Notes: generated by a model from the sequence alone, not told the origin. A DNA stretch of 64,000 bases from a virus (IMGVR_UViG_3300042009_000026:64001-128000), one strand, 5' to 3'. Numbered from the stretch's first letter, positions 21,072 to 30,723 are shown. Program-made: numbers and translations.

Positions 21072-21494
21072 ATGTCTTTTACTCGAAATGACCTGATCGA
21101 ACAATATCACAAAAGCCAATTCGAATCGAACATTCCTGCCGATCGGTTTATCCTGTCAGCTGGTTCTGCTTTGGTTATGTATCGCATCCGTGATGTTACG
21201 GACGATCTGGATGTTGATACCGATGAGGAGAATTACCAGAAGTTGGTAGCTGCGGGTTACCCTGTCATTGATGATGGGTTCCCTCGTGTGCGTTTGAATG
21301 ATTGCACGGACGTACATTTGATACCAACACCATGGGTAGAAACAATGCCGGTTGATGGCGTGTGGTGTTACACGCTGGAAGATCTGCTTGTGCAGTATGT
21401 CAAACTGGCAGGACATCCAGACCGTAATCCTGGAAAGATAATGCGGGATTTGGAAACGGTAGCTAAACTGAAAAAGCTTATTGCCAGTCGATAA
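21072..21494 (+). CDS. Small nucleotidyltransferase-fold protein
   Basis: LSAGSALVMY…TDDLDVD (GS plus DxD) and a later TDVH third-Asp strand. Confidence 0.65.
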   Translation: MSFTRNDLIEQYHKSQFESNIPADRFILSAGSALVMYRIRDVTDDLDVDTDEENYQKLVAAGYPVIDDGFPRVRLNDCTDVHLIPTPWVETMPVDGVWCYTLEDLLVQYVKLAGHPDRNPGKIMRDLETVAKLKKLIASR

Positions 21495-21552
21495 GCTAAA
21501 AAGACTGGGTTGCCTAATTAGGTGACCCATTCAATCCACTAAAAGGTTCGTT

Positions 21553-22731
21553 ATGCAGATCAATCAAAGCGTCATGGAAATCCCTGGTGTTATCACGCGT
21601 GACCAGTTGTTCAATCTCCGGATTGCCCTTGTACAGTTGTATAAGGCCCGTATTTACGCAGCTCAAGAAGTCCCTACATCTGTACACGGTTTGCAGTGCC
21701 ACTTCCGTGAGGATGATGCATTCCTGCTCCACCTGATGTACAAGAACAAACTGGTATTCAGTTTCCACCCTACCAGTAAAATCATTGAATGGGACCCAGA
21801 GACACTTGATGGTGTCATTGATTTATCCTGCACTGGTAGTGCGGATGACATGGGCTGGGCTCTTGTTGCATTGTTCGACAATATTTATCGCGAACATGCT
21901 GGCTTCAATTCTTATGTTTACGAAAACATGACAACCCCTACAACTCGTCGTAATGTGAAAGCATTCTACGGTTTGTTACATGCAGTTGCCAAGCTTAGCA
22001 AAGACCCACTCTTGGGTGATTATGAAACCAGATTGGTTCGTAAGGGTAATGGTTATGCAGTTGTCGATAAGAATGATTTAATCATTTTTCAGGTCACCCC
22101 CAGTACATTCAGCTTCGGTATGGGTTATCTCGAGAATGCTGAGATTGATAAAAATATCGATAAATTGATTACTAAGTATCGGCCTTGGGCTATTGCTCTT
22201 CGTAAGAAGTATAGCTTCCAAGCTGATCAACTGCGTCAGCTTCTTCGTAATGCTTGGGATGCCAAGTGTGAAGTCTTTAATACCGCTAGGAACGCTGTTC
22301 GTAGTTCCCCAGTGGGCTACATTAATTTCAAAACAGAATGTGCCTATACGCTGAATAATGGAACCGTCATCTGCTTCTATGATGATTCTATCACGATCAA
22401 ATACAATCGTGGTGGCCAACATATCGGTAACGTGGCGTTTTACCCAAATAAGGTACACCCACATATCGATACTTCGGTATTGGATTACATGCGGTCGCTT
22501 GTAATGGATACATGCTCGCTTAGAGATGATCTTGCACATGCTGTGCATGCTTATGCCAAAATGATCACTGACCAAGTTGTTGGTGAGATTGAACAAGCTA
22601 CTCTGAAGAAGCTCAATCTTCCTTTGGATGTTGGCCGTGTCTATTATGAAGCTTACATGACGGCTCGTGCAGCAGGCTATCGTGAAGACTTCGAAGCATT
22701 CGTAAACCTCATTAAACAAGTACAAGGATAA
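21553..22731 (+). CDS. Hypothetical protein
   Basis: 392-aa ORF in an early cluster. Confidence 0.75.
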   Translation: MQINQSVMEIPGVITRDQLFNLRIALVQLYKARIYAAQEVPTSVHGLQCHFREDDAFLLHLMYKNKLVFSFHPTSKIIEWDPETLDGVIDLSCTGSADDMGWALVALFDNIYREHAGFNSYVYENMTTPTTRRNVKAFYGLLHAVAKLSKDPLLGDYETRLVRKGNGYAVVDKNDLIIFQVTPSTFSFGMGYLENAEIDKNIDKLITKYRPWAIALRKKYSFQADQLRQLLRNAWDAKCEVFNTARNAVRSSPVGYINFKTECAYTLNNGTVICFYDDSITIKYNRGGQHIGNVAFYPNKVHPHIDTSVLDYMRSLVMDTCSLRDDLAHAVHAYAKMITDQVVGEIEQATLKKLNLPLDVGRVYYEAYMTARAAGYREDFEAFVNLIKQVQG

Positions 22732-22736
22732 GACAA

Positions 22737-23078
22737 ATGAAATTCGCTAGCATTGCACTGATCGTAGCTATGGCATTCTCCGCAGCAGCGCAAGCAGAAG
22801 AGATCCAACAACCAGATATCAATCCTGATACTCTGGCTGAACTCTTCATGACTTCCACACTGGTTCAGTGTGATGCTAACGCTTGTTGGGATGCCGTAAC
22901 CAATGTCGACCATGAGATGATTATGGATGGCGCTGGTTATGCCGTTGTTTATAGTGATCCTGCTCTAGCCCGGTTGAAGTTGACTGTGAAAGAGTTCGAT
23001 CGTTATAAGCCGTATGTACTGAGTCTCATGATCGGTGTTGCTGCCGAATTGGGTGCTCCAGTACAGAAAGACATCTAA
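22737..23078 (+). CDS. Exported protein with a Sec signal peptide
   Basis: MKFASIALIVAMAFSAAAQA|EE; CxxxxC. Confidence 0.75.
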   Translation: MKFASIALIVAMAFSAAAQAEEIQQPDINPDTLAELFMTSTLVQCDANACWDAVTNVDHEMIMDGAGYAVVYSDPALARLKLTVKEFDRYKPYVLSLMIGVAAELGAPVQKDI

Positions 23079-23104
23079 CTATAACTACTCCTAGGGGAAA
23101 CCCC

Positions 23105-23512
23105 ATGATTGTAGCTGAAGATATAAAGACTATACTTCAAGGACAATCTGTGCCGCATGTGGTGCAGATGGCAGAAGAACTAGGATTCCCTATAACTACT
23201 GAAGAAAGTCTGTACGAGTTTATTGCGGACGTCGCTAATAAGACACACGCAATTACATGCCAACCGAAAGACATGCAGCTATCGGATACGGTGGAGCATG
23301 TTGTCTATGAAATCAGCTATTACTGGTTTCGTCTGATGAATCCAAATAAAGAAAGAACTTACATGATGGATCAGTTGTATGCTGACGTCAAGTATGAACT
23401 TCGGTTCCGTCCGAAGGGTTCGATCTATTCTTTGGTTGGGAATGATATTACATTCCCCATTGGGCTATACAAAGCAGTGATGACCGATCCAGAAGTCATA
23501 GACGCTACTTAA
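23105..23512 (+). CDS. Hypothetical protein
   Basis: 135-aa ORF followed by a terminator. Confidence 0.7.
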   Translation: MIVAEDIKTILQGQSVPHVVQMAEELGFPITTEESLYEFIADVANKTHAITCQPKDMQLSDTVEHVVYEISYYWFRLMNPNKERTYMMDQLYADVKYELRFRPKGSIYSLVGNDITFPIGLYKAVMTDPEVIDAT

Positions 23513-23513
23513 C

Positions 23514-23560
23514 GGCATAAGCCCTCTCCTTCGGGAGAGGGCGCTATGTTGTTTTCTTTT
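23514..23560. terminator. Bidirectional UUCG terminator, identical over 37 bp to 35188-35224
   Basis: GGCATAA-GCCCTCTCC-TTCG-GGAGAGGGC-GCTATGTT. Confidence 0.88.
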
Positions 23561-24807
23561 TATCGAGCGTAGTGGTTCTTAGTCAGAGTACGGAGAGTAA
23601 TGTAAAGCATCACCCCAGTACGAGTCGCGGCCAATACGGCTTTGTTACGGATACCTGTGGCATCAGCAACAATCTTCTCACCTACATCCCGAAGATACAA
23701 TACTCGTGGGTCTGAACTACGAGAAGCCATTAACTTAGAACGGACTTTGAGAATCAATCCTTCCAAGTCATTCGATCGTTGGATCTGTGTACGCTCAGAT
23801 TGCATCTGGTCAAACACGTATAGCAAACACTCTTCCAGCATCTTGTCGATGTGTCCATGCTTTGGCTGGGTAATATTTCGGCAAATATAACGAAGGGTAT
23901 CTTCAAACGGTTGCGGTGGCATGGAATCAACCATAGCTCGTTCAATAATACCTAACAGCTCTGGACGAATAAAGTTGGCTTCGTTAGTAACAATCTCTTT
24001 GCCGTAGCGGAGATATGTAGCGAAGCCAGTAACTTTGTCTTTGAGGAAAGAATCTCCATCAGTAGACATACCCATCTCAGAAGTGGAAATAACACGACCA
24101 CCTTCTTTGAGGACCTGGATGTAAACGGAATAGATCTTGTTGATCACTTCACGAATTCGGGATTGTGTATCTGTTACAATCCGAGAAGACCAATAATCAG
24201 TCAGAGAGTTCTTAGCGCCAAAGATGTGATCACTGTAGTTGGTATCAGGACCGATAATCGATAAGCATCGATCTCGAATCAATGCGTGCCATGAACCTAG
24301 ACGCCGAATGTCCCACTTGTAGTTAAGAGACATGAACGTGGCTTCAGCAACTTCCCGCTTAGCAGGATATTGGAAACGACGACTCAGCAACGAGGTAAGG
24401 TATTTGATGTGCAGGAGAGTAAACAATGCAATCATTGTTTCATCACGCAAGTTACCTGGGAGTTGTGTGTTCTCCATTAACTTACGACAAAGGAAAGCTG
24501 GGATGTGGTTAAATGAATCTGAATTCACGTTGTGTGAAGGGTCGATCACATCTAACTTGAGGAAGTCATATTGGAGCAAATCATCGTTAACTTGCAGAAC
24601 TTCGTCATACCACTGTTCACGATCTGATGGATGCCAACGGATAGGGTTAACCCCCAATAGTGCGCCACCAAAAAAAGCCGAGTGGTCAGCATTCTTGTTC
24701 ATGAACCGAGTAACGAAGTTGATCACACGCATACAAAAAGCGCGGTCTAGTTTAACGTCTACGAAATGCTTTTCCAGCAAATCGAAGATAGTGGTTGTTT
24801 CGTGCAT
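23560..24807 (-). CDS. Conserved virion/core protein (phiKZ gp32-like)
   Basis: FFGGALLGV motif; start at 24807 after AGGAG; synteny. Confidence 0.65.
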   Translation of the reverse strand: MHETTTIFDLLEKHFVDVKLDRAFCMRVINFVTRFMNKNADHSAFFGGALLGVNPIRWHPSDREQWYDEVLQVNDDLLQYDFLKLDVIDPSHNVNSDSFNHIPAFLCRKLMENTQLPGNLRDETMIALFTLLHIKYLTSLLSRRFQYPAKREVAEATFMSLNYKWDIRRLGSWHALIRDRCLSIIGPDTNYSDHIFGAKNSLTDYWSSRIVTDTQSRIREVINKIYSVYIQVLKEGGRVISTSEMGMSTDGDSFLKDKVTGFATYLRYGKEIVTNEANFIRPELLGIIERAMVDSMPPQPFEDTLRYICRNITQPKHGHIDKMLEECLLYVFDQMQSERTQIQRSNDLEGLILKVRSKLMASRSSDPRVLYLRDVGEKIVADATGIRNKAVLAATRTGVMLYITLRTLTKNHYAR

Positions 24808-24838
24808 TGGGAGGTCTCCTAAATTCAAATGATTGGAC

Positions 24839-24864
24839 TGCAATCAATCTCAGATCTATATTAC
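24839..24864 (+). promoter_or_regulatory. Extended early promoter
   Basis: TGCAATCAATCTCAGATCTATATTAC. Confidence 0.75.
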
Positions 24865-24892
24865 TGTATTGATATTCATTGAGGAATTTGTT

Positions 24893-25204
24893 ATGGAACC
24901 GATTACGGTTGCAGTTGTTGGTGATGATCCACATGCTTTACGCGTGCTTGCTAAACTCCATGAACTCGACCCTAGCAAGATTATTGTAGTAGGCGCTGCA
25001 CCTGTGAACTATGCTCGTCCATTCGAGTCGTCTCCATTCTGCACAGACCTGGTGGATAACATGTATCCGCATAAAGCCGGATTCCTGAACATAACGCCAC
25101 AAGAAGACATATCGTTCGTTCATGAACGAATGCTTAAACTGTTGCGCCGTGGTGGTGTAACGATCAAAACCCCATCAACTGATGATTCCCCACAGCGGGG
25201 ATAA
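24893..25204 (+). CDS. Hypothetical protein
   Basis: ATG 24893 after GAGGA; downstream of the promoter. Confidence 0.65.
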   Translation: MEPITVAVVGDDPHALRVLAKLHELDPSKIIVVGAAPVNYARPFESSPFCTDLVDNMYPHKAGFLNITPQEDISFVHERMLKLLRRGGVTIKTPSTDDSPQRG

Positions 25205-25258
25205 ATACCTGGCATCATCTAGTATGAATGTCTTATTCACAACAACGAGGAATACCCG

Positions 25259-26152
25259 ATGTGCAATAACTTGGAAGCACTGCAAAAGCTGATCGACGAG
25301 TCTTTGGTTTTGGACGGTGCTACTGGCTTGACTCTTACCGGTTGGACTGACGAAGATCGTTATGACCACCGTGGTTCTGTAATCAATCGTGTTACCACCC
25401 AATATGGTATTTCTTGTGGTGGTATTACTATCACCCCTGGTGGCAGTAGTGGACACATGGGTTTCGGTTTCCGTGATACACGCGAAGAAACCAAACCTGT
25501 CACTATCGATCAAGTTCGTGGTGTATTGGTTACCGCTCTGGCTACATCGCAAACTGACCAGGGTCGTATTCTGGCTACTGGTCTAGCATCGATCGTAGAG
25601 AAGCTTACAGCTAATTGTTTCCATCCGATTTCGTATGACCTGGCAATCGAAGCAGCTAGCGATCCTACCATCCATGTAACCATGACCAATGGCATGCAAT
25701 CGATCCATCTCGATACCAAACCAGTTGAGGACTTTGCACAAGCGATCAAACTGGATCTGGATGTTCCATACGTTCTGGGTCAAGGTTTCGTGAGTGTTCT
25801 AGCTGGTGAATCTGATCGTGGACATTCCCCTACTGGTCTGTCGACTTTGGTTGATGGTAAGTGGATTCGTCATACCGGTATCTCTAGCTATACTCTTAGC
25901 GAAGATGATAAACCTAATGTCGATGTTTTGGAAGTCGATGAAATCATTACCTTGGTTTCTGAAGAACGTCGTGAACTCACCGCCAAGATTCTGATTGCAA
26001 TCATCAAGCAATTGAATACCCTGGGTGGCTTTACTAACATCTATCAGGTCAACATGTCCCATGGCGAATATCGTGGTGGCAAGCCTGCCATTGTTGTCCG
26101 TCTGGTGAATGCGCAACTGCGTAAGAACTACAGCTTGGAATTCCAGGCGTAA
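25259..26152 (+). CDS. Hypothetical protein
   Basis: 297-aa ORF, GAGGA RBS, phage-type codon bias. Confidence 0.8.
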   Translation: MCNNLEALQKLIDESLVLDGATGLTLTGWTDEDRYDHRGSVINRVTTQYGISCGGITITPGGSSGHMGFGFRDTREETKPVTIDQVRGVLVTALATSQTDQGRILATGLASIVEKLTANCFHPISYDLAIEAASDPTIHVTMTNGMQSIHLDTKPVEDFAQAIKLDLDVPYVLGQGFVSVLAGESDRGHSPTGLSTLVDGKWIRHTGISSYTLSEDDKPNVDVLEVDEIITLVSEERRELTAKILIAIIKQLNTLGGFTNIYQVNMSHGEYRGGKPAIVVRLVNAQLRKNYSLEFQA

Positions 26153-26157
26153 TAAGT

Positions 26158-26190
26158 TGGGGACCTTCGGGTCCCCAGCTATGTCATTTT
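26158..26190 (+). terminator. UUCG terminator followed by GCTATGTC and a T-run
   Basis: TGGGGACC-TTCG-GGTCCCCA. Confidence 0.8.
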
Positions 26191-26231
26191 TCTTTTATCC
26201 TCTGTAGTCCAACTATTACGGAGCTAACACA

Positions 26232-26999
26232 ATGTACAGACGTTGTGAAAAGCCTGCACCCATTACGACCATTGATCTTAGTGTGTACGGCAACCCATGT
26301 GACATTTATCAAAATATGCTGAACCGGATCGATGCACTGCGTCGGTTACAAAGTCAGTGGCCACGATGCGATATTAGTCGTTTCGATGTGCAGTTCCAAC
26401 TTTCTGATGCCATGACCTATTACTTCACTATTTTGGATAAAGCCAACGGTGAGCGGTACGAGTGGTCTGTCCGGAAAGAGTATCCTAATGAAACTCCTGT
26501 GCATGCATTTGAGCGTGATTACAATGAATCAGCCCTACGGTACAACTCAGGTGTAAGACGTGCATTAGATGATCACCTAGAAGGCTTGCAGGAACAATCT
26601 CTGAGTGCTCTCTATCGAATGGAAGAAACAGATACAGGTTATCGGGTATTCCGTCCAATTATGGGTAGCTTAGGCGTAGTTCCTTTCGATTTGACTTTTG
26701 TTGGTACCACTGGTCCTTTACCTACCAATGGTGTCATCCATCCAGATATCTGGGATTACATCGGTACTATTCCTGGCGAGGCTGGTCGGGCTATTGCTCG
26801 TATGGTTACTCGACTGATTAAGCTAGGGGTGATGTTCAATAAAGCTGAACGCGTTATTGTTAAAGATTATCGCAGTATTGTTCTAGAAGGTTATGCCTAT
26901 CGCAATGCTGAAACCCACACCGCTGTCAAACTGACACTTCAAGAACTTGCTGTTCCTGATAGTGACCTTATTCAATACCACCAATACTTCACGGAGTAA
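26232..26999 (+). CDS. Hypothetical protein
   Basis: 255-aa ORF; GGAG RBS; TATTAC at 26214-26219 upstream. Confidence 0.75.
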   Translation: MYRRCEKPAPITTIDLSVYGNPCDIYQNMLNRIDALRRLQSQWPRCDISRFDVQFQLSDAMTYYFTILDKANGERYEWSVRKEYPNETPVHAFERDYNESALRYNSGVRRALDDHLEGLQEQSLSALYRMEETDTGYRVFRPIMGSLGVVPFDLTFVGTTGPLPTNGVIHPDIWDYIGTIPGEAGRAIARMVTRLIKLGVMFNKAERVIVKDYRSIVLEGYAYRNAETHTAVKLTLQELAVPDSDLIQYHQYFTE

Positions 27000-27001
27000 T
27001 T

Positions 27002-27424
27002 ATGATCTCTATCGATACAACATTCGCTGAAATTGCAACTGAATTAGATTGCCCAGTTAATGTAGCCAAAGAAGTTATCCGCAAACTGTTCCTAACATCG
27101 AGTAGTATTCCTCTACCTGATGCTTTCCGAGTTAACTTGGCACAACCAGTGGAATATTCTGGCCAGGTGAACTTCTCATCCATTCGCCTGACTGTTCAGA
27201 TGCGTGGTTGGGGTGGTAATAAGGTCGTAGACAAGGCAACGTTGCTGGTTTACATTAAAGAGTCTGCAAAGGCCCTTGTAGACCTTCAGGTATGGCATGC
27301 CTATAATGGTCCTAAAGCTCCAGCTGCTACTGGGACTAATCCTGAACCAGTATGGGTTCCTCATTACCCACCTCAAGGTATCTATGCAGTTTACCCGCCT
27401 TCGATTGCACCGGATACACCATGA
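27002..27424 (+). CDS. Hypothetical protein, HTH-like N-terminus and Pro-rich tail
   Basis: FAEIATELDCPVNVAKEVI. Confidence 0.65.
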   Translation: MISIDTTFAEIATELDCPVNVAKEVIRKLFLTSSSIPLPDAFRVNLAQPVEYSGQVNFSSIRLTVQMRGWGGNKVVDKATLLVYIKESAKALVDLQVWHAYNGPKAPAATGTNPEPVWVPHYPPQGIYAVYPPSIAPDTP

Positions 27425-27460
27425 CATATTAGCCTTCCCCAACGGGAAGGCTTTATGCCG
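27425..27460. terminator. Hairpin terminator with CATA/TTTATGCCG flanks
   Basis: AGCCTTCCC-CAAC-GGGAAGGCT. Confidence 0.8.
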
Positions 27461-27464
27461 TCAC

Positions 27465-27490
27465 TGCAAAAAATCTGAAATCTATATTAC
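27465..27490 (+). promoter_or_regulatory. Extended early promoter
   Basis: TGCAAAAAATCTGAAATCTATATTAC. Confidence 0.75.
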
Positions 27491-27523
27491 TACTGAGAAC
27501 TTACTCACCTAAAGGAATTTCTC

Positions 27524-28282
27524 GTGGACCAATATACCCGTGTCAACTTTGATGACTTGATCGTTCGTGGTGTTACCCATGAGCAAATCAATCGTGTTGG
27601 TTATGACATCCTCGATTATGAACACCCTACCATTCTGGATAACAAAGTTGTTATGGATTGGTACTACAGTGAAGTCCAGCCAAGCTTGTTGTCAACTAAA
27701 CGTGTCGGTATCGTGGCTAATCGTAAAGTCTTGCATTGGTTGGTCTGTGGTGAGGACAATCTTGCTGGCCCAGCATGGGTTCATGATGAACTGGCTAAAT
27801 GGATCATCGCTGAAGCACATGCCAAAGAATCGTGTCTGAAAGGACTCAACAAGATTACCGAGTTGATGTACCGTAAGATCGGTGCAGATATCCGTGGCAA
27901 AGAAGCAGTAGCATTGATCGAAGGTCCTCTGGGTGTTGTGATCTATCGTGCCCCTCGTTGGCGCGAATCGAATGACGATACCGGTGAGAGCATCACTCAT
28001 GAACAACTGGCCTTCCTGCTGGAAGATTATGTTCCGGCAACGGTACTACCTCATGTACTCAGCCAAATCAGTGCATATGTCAATACCTGGAATGAAATCT
28101 ACGGTGGTCCAGTCGAACTGACGGCGTTTACCAAGAAGGTCGTCGCAGGACAACACTGCTATGTCGTAGTTGGCAATGCCGGTGGTGCGGTTGACTTCAA
28201 GTTCAGTTATTGCGATGCGGTGCATAAAGATACCCTTCACCCATCGAAACACACTCAGTCCATTCTCAAGGATTTCAAATGA
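27524..28282 (+). CDS. Hypothetical protein
   Basis: GTG start after AAGGA; 252 aa. Confidence 0.75.
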   Translation: MDQYTRVNFDDLIVRGVTHEQINRVGYDILDYEHPTILDNKVVMDWYYSEVQPSLLSTKRVGIVANRKVLHWLVCGEDNLAGPAWVHDELAKWIIAEAHAKESCLKGLNKITELMYRKIGADIRGKEAVALIEGPLGVVIYRAPRWRESNDDTGESITHEQLAFLLEDYVPATVLPHVLSQISAYVNTWNEIYGGPVELTAFTKKVVAGQHCYVVVGNAGGAVDFKFSYCDAVHKDTLHPSKHTQSILKDFK

Positions 28283-28755
28283 GTAATTCGCAGTTTAAGC
28301 GGGAAGAAGCAAAGTACCATAACGAGCAGTATGAAGCAAAGCGTTTTCGGGAACAAAACAATCTTCCTGAATGGGCAGATGTTGGGCGCCATATTTTTGG
28401 TAATCGTAAGCTAGATGTTTCCGAAGTAGAAGAAGTCAAGATCACTGAGGCTACCGAGTCAAAGGTTAGTCAGCAACAGGCTGTAGGACGAGCTGATCGT
28501 CAACCTGGTGACGTTGTAGTGATCGGAGCAGGTCAGACTAGCTTTGGGCGCGCAGCGATGCGTGTAACGGCTCAGGCGCTTGCGAATGAAACTGCGAAGC
28601 GTATCGCTTTTGCTACTCCAGAAATGATGGGTGAACTCGGGCGACAACAAGCTCGGGAAGAAATGGCTATCATTTGCCAAGATGACCTGACTGAAGCCAA
28701 ACAATTGGCGGCTGCACTATCATTAGCTGGTGGGAAATATGACAAAAGTTTCTAA
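28279..28755 (+). CDS. Hypothetical protein
   Basis: ATGA overlap with the previous gene. Confidence 0.75.
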   Translation: MSNSQFKREEAKYHNEQYEAKRFREQNNLPEWADVGRHIFGNRKLDVSEVEEVKITEATESKVSQQQAVGRADRQPGDVVVIGAGQTSFGRAAMRVTAQALANETAKRIAFATPEMMGELGRQQAREEMAIICQDDLTEAKQLAAALSLAGGKYDKSF

Positions 28756-28918
28756 AGGTAAACTTCATTACCTAAGATCTCTTTATCCATACAGCCGGAT
28801 AAACCGTATCCAGCATTTCATAACACGCTTAGTTGGCAAGCACCGATCAAACCGTGAGCTGCAGGCAACATTTAGCATGTATGATGGTTGCAGGCATATT
28901 AACTGGGATGAATTGTAG
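28739..28918 (+). CDS. Small basic protein (MTKVSKGKLHYLR…)
   Basis: N-terminal motif shared with the next two ORFs. Confidence 0.55.
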   Translation: MTKVSKGKLHYLRSLYPYSRINRIQHFITRLVGKHRSNRELQATFSMYDGCRHINWDEL

Positions 28919-29169
28919 TGGCTAGAGTATCTAAAAGTAAGTTCCGCTGGTTGCGGGATGAGTACGCACACTGGGCCTATATGACCCGCCTACAAAAACC
29001 TTTTCGTTTTAAAGTAACACAGGAGAATAAAAAATTGCTGTCATCTATTCTGGATGAAGATCTCGAACTCGGCGAAGCTATGGTAATTCGCCATATGCCA
29101 ATGACTGATGAAATGATCGCTGCATTTGGTTGCCCTAGTCGTGTAGAAGAGAATACCGATGCCCAATAA
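28918..29169 (+). CDS. Small basic protein (MARVSKSKFRWLR…)
   Basis: Start overlaps the previous stop; shared N-terminal motif. Confidence 0.6.
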   Translation: MARVSKSKFRWLRDEYAHWAYMTRLQKPFRFKVTQENKKLLSSILDEDLELGEAMVIRHMPMTDEMIAAFGCPSRVEENTDAQ

Positions 29170-29437
29170 GATCTCGAAAGCAACCCGTATCCATTTGCTG
29201 AGTGTCATGCGTGAATTGGCACATAATGCACGTATCGATGAATACGTTGTACAGCACATGCTTAAAGCGAATCCTAAGATATGGATTCAGAAAGCCCGGC
29301 AACATGTGGCAGCACAAAAAGCCCACCGTCATGACGTGCGTAGATGGCCCATAGGTTATCCTAAACAGAGTCTACCTATGGGTGGTGGTTTTCGTCGGGG
29401 TGAGTTCACCGTGTTCTCAGGTCACCCTACCTCATGA
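29159..29437 (+). CDS. Small basic protein (MPNKISK…)
   Basis: Overlapping ORF; ends GGGFRRGEFTVFSGHPTS. Confidence 0.6.
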   Translation: MPNKISKATRIHLLSVMRELAHNARIDEYVVQHMLKANPKIWIQKARQHVAAQKAHRHDVRRWPIGYPKQSLPMGGGFRRGEFTVFSGHPTS

Positions 29438-29604
29438 TGCAGCCAGAACACAAACAGTGTGACCTGGTAGAAACGGTTGGTCATATTCGTGAATGCCCTA
29501 AACGTATAGCGCATGTACGGGATGTAATTTGTGGCGCAGTGCGCTCATTGGCACTCGAAGAAATCGCGCGCCGGCGCATCAGTAATTCTATTGAAAGGAA
29601 GTAG
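29434..29604 (+). CDS. Possible 56-aa protein
   Basis: Manual translation; ATGA overlap with the previous stop. Confidence 0.4.
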   Translation: MMQPEHKQCDLVETVGHIRECPKRIAHVRDVICGAVRSLALEEIARRRISNSIERK

Positions 29605-29669
29605 AACTTCGATAGAAGTAATTTTACTATTTAAAAGCATTTTCTTAAAAAGAAATGTATATAAATAGT

Positions 29670-29713
29670 AATAGTATATGGGGGGACCCTCTGGGGGGGC
29701 CCCATATACTATT
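29670..29713. repeat. 14-bp perfect inverted repeat with a G-rich spacer inside an AT-rich gap
   Basis: AATAGTATATGGGG…CCCCATATACTATT. Confidence 0.85.
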
Positions 29714-29750
29714 TCCTTATACTTAGTAATCAATAAAACAGGAATTTGTA

Positions 29751-29891
29751 ATGAAGATCAACCCTACTGTGCGCGACCTCAACGCGCGTATTCAAGACGG
29801 CTTAGACCGTGGTGACAAACTCGAACTGATCATCTGTGCTGATGGTTACATGTATCTTAGCCTAGTAGGTGCCGCAATTGAATCTGAGTGA
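29751..29891 (+). CDS. 46-aa protein (MKINPTVRDLNARIQDG…)
   Basis: Manual translation; CAGGA RBS. Confidence 0.5.
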   Translation: MKINPTVRDLNARIQDGLDRGDKLELIICADGYMYLSLVGAAIESE

Positions 29892-30660
29892 TCTCCGTAC
29901 ACTTCTCCGTGAAACACTCTCCGGTGTTTCAGAAATAACATCTATCCATAATAGCCAATTGTTCGGCTATGCCACTCGTTCAGATCAAGTGTCTTATTGT
30001 GCAATTGAATATTCGATCGAGAACAGTGCAAATCTCACCGGTACTTCCAATATTGCAGCTGCATTGATCTTCGATAACTTCTGTAATCGCGATCTAGAAG
30101 AACTTGGTAATGTGGATGTCGAATCCAACTATGCCGAAAAGCATCGACTGTGTATTGAAACACACAAAGCCATTCTCAAAGCAGGTTATGTCATCAAAGC
30201 TTGTGTGAATCATACACATCCTACTGGTAACCTGGTTCGTACGGAATACTATCGCCATACTGGTGACGGTTGGACAGGTAGCTCACTGCGGGTAGTTTAT
30301 ACACCATCCAACTTCGTACCACCTGAAGCGATCTTGGTCCGTAATAAACAGGGTGAACCAGATAGCCAGGTTTATTACACACCCGGCTACGAAGATGGAC
30401 AGTTGGTTTATTTGGGCTGTTCTGAACTGGATGGTCGTAATAACCGTTCGATCAAGATTAACATGATTGATGGCAAGGTCTTTCAAGGCATGGTCCTTAC
30501 CTGTGCACATGAAGCCCGATTGAAAGGCCTAGGTGTAGAATGGGTATATTCGGTAACTCAATCCGAAAGTATAGATGGATGTAAACTCGAATACATCGCA
30601 AAACTGAACTGTGGGGCGTTAGTCAATATCGTCATTACGGATTATAGCTGGTCTAACTAA
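29869..30660 (+). CDS. Hypothetical protein
   Basis: 263-aa ORF. Confidence 0.7.
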   Translation: MPQLNLSDLRTLLRETLSGVSEITSIHNSQLFGYATRSDQVSYCAIEYSIENSANLTGTSNIAAALIFDNFCNRDLEELGNVDVESNYAEKHRLCIETHKAILKAGYVIKACVNHTHPTGNLVRTEYYRHTGDGWTGSSLRVVYTPSNFVPPEAILVRNKQGEPDSQVYYTPGYEDGQLVYLGCSELDGRNNRSIKINMIDGKVFQGMVLTCAHEARLKGLGVEWVYSVTQSESIDGCKLEYIAKLNCGALVNIVITDYSWSN

Positions 30661-30723
30661 AAGTACTATCAATCCTGGTAGTATGTAACACTGACGCAAT
30701 TCATTCTTGATAAGGTAGAAAGC

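Noticed and set aside
29545-29733. 62-aa minus-strand ORF across the AT-rich palindrome
   Set aside because: Composition (YYYY, GAPPEGPP) just reflects the repeat; no RBS
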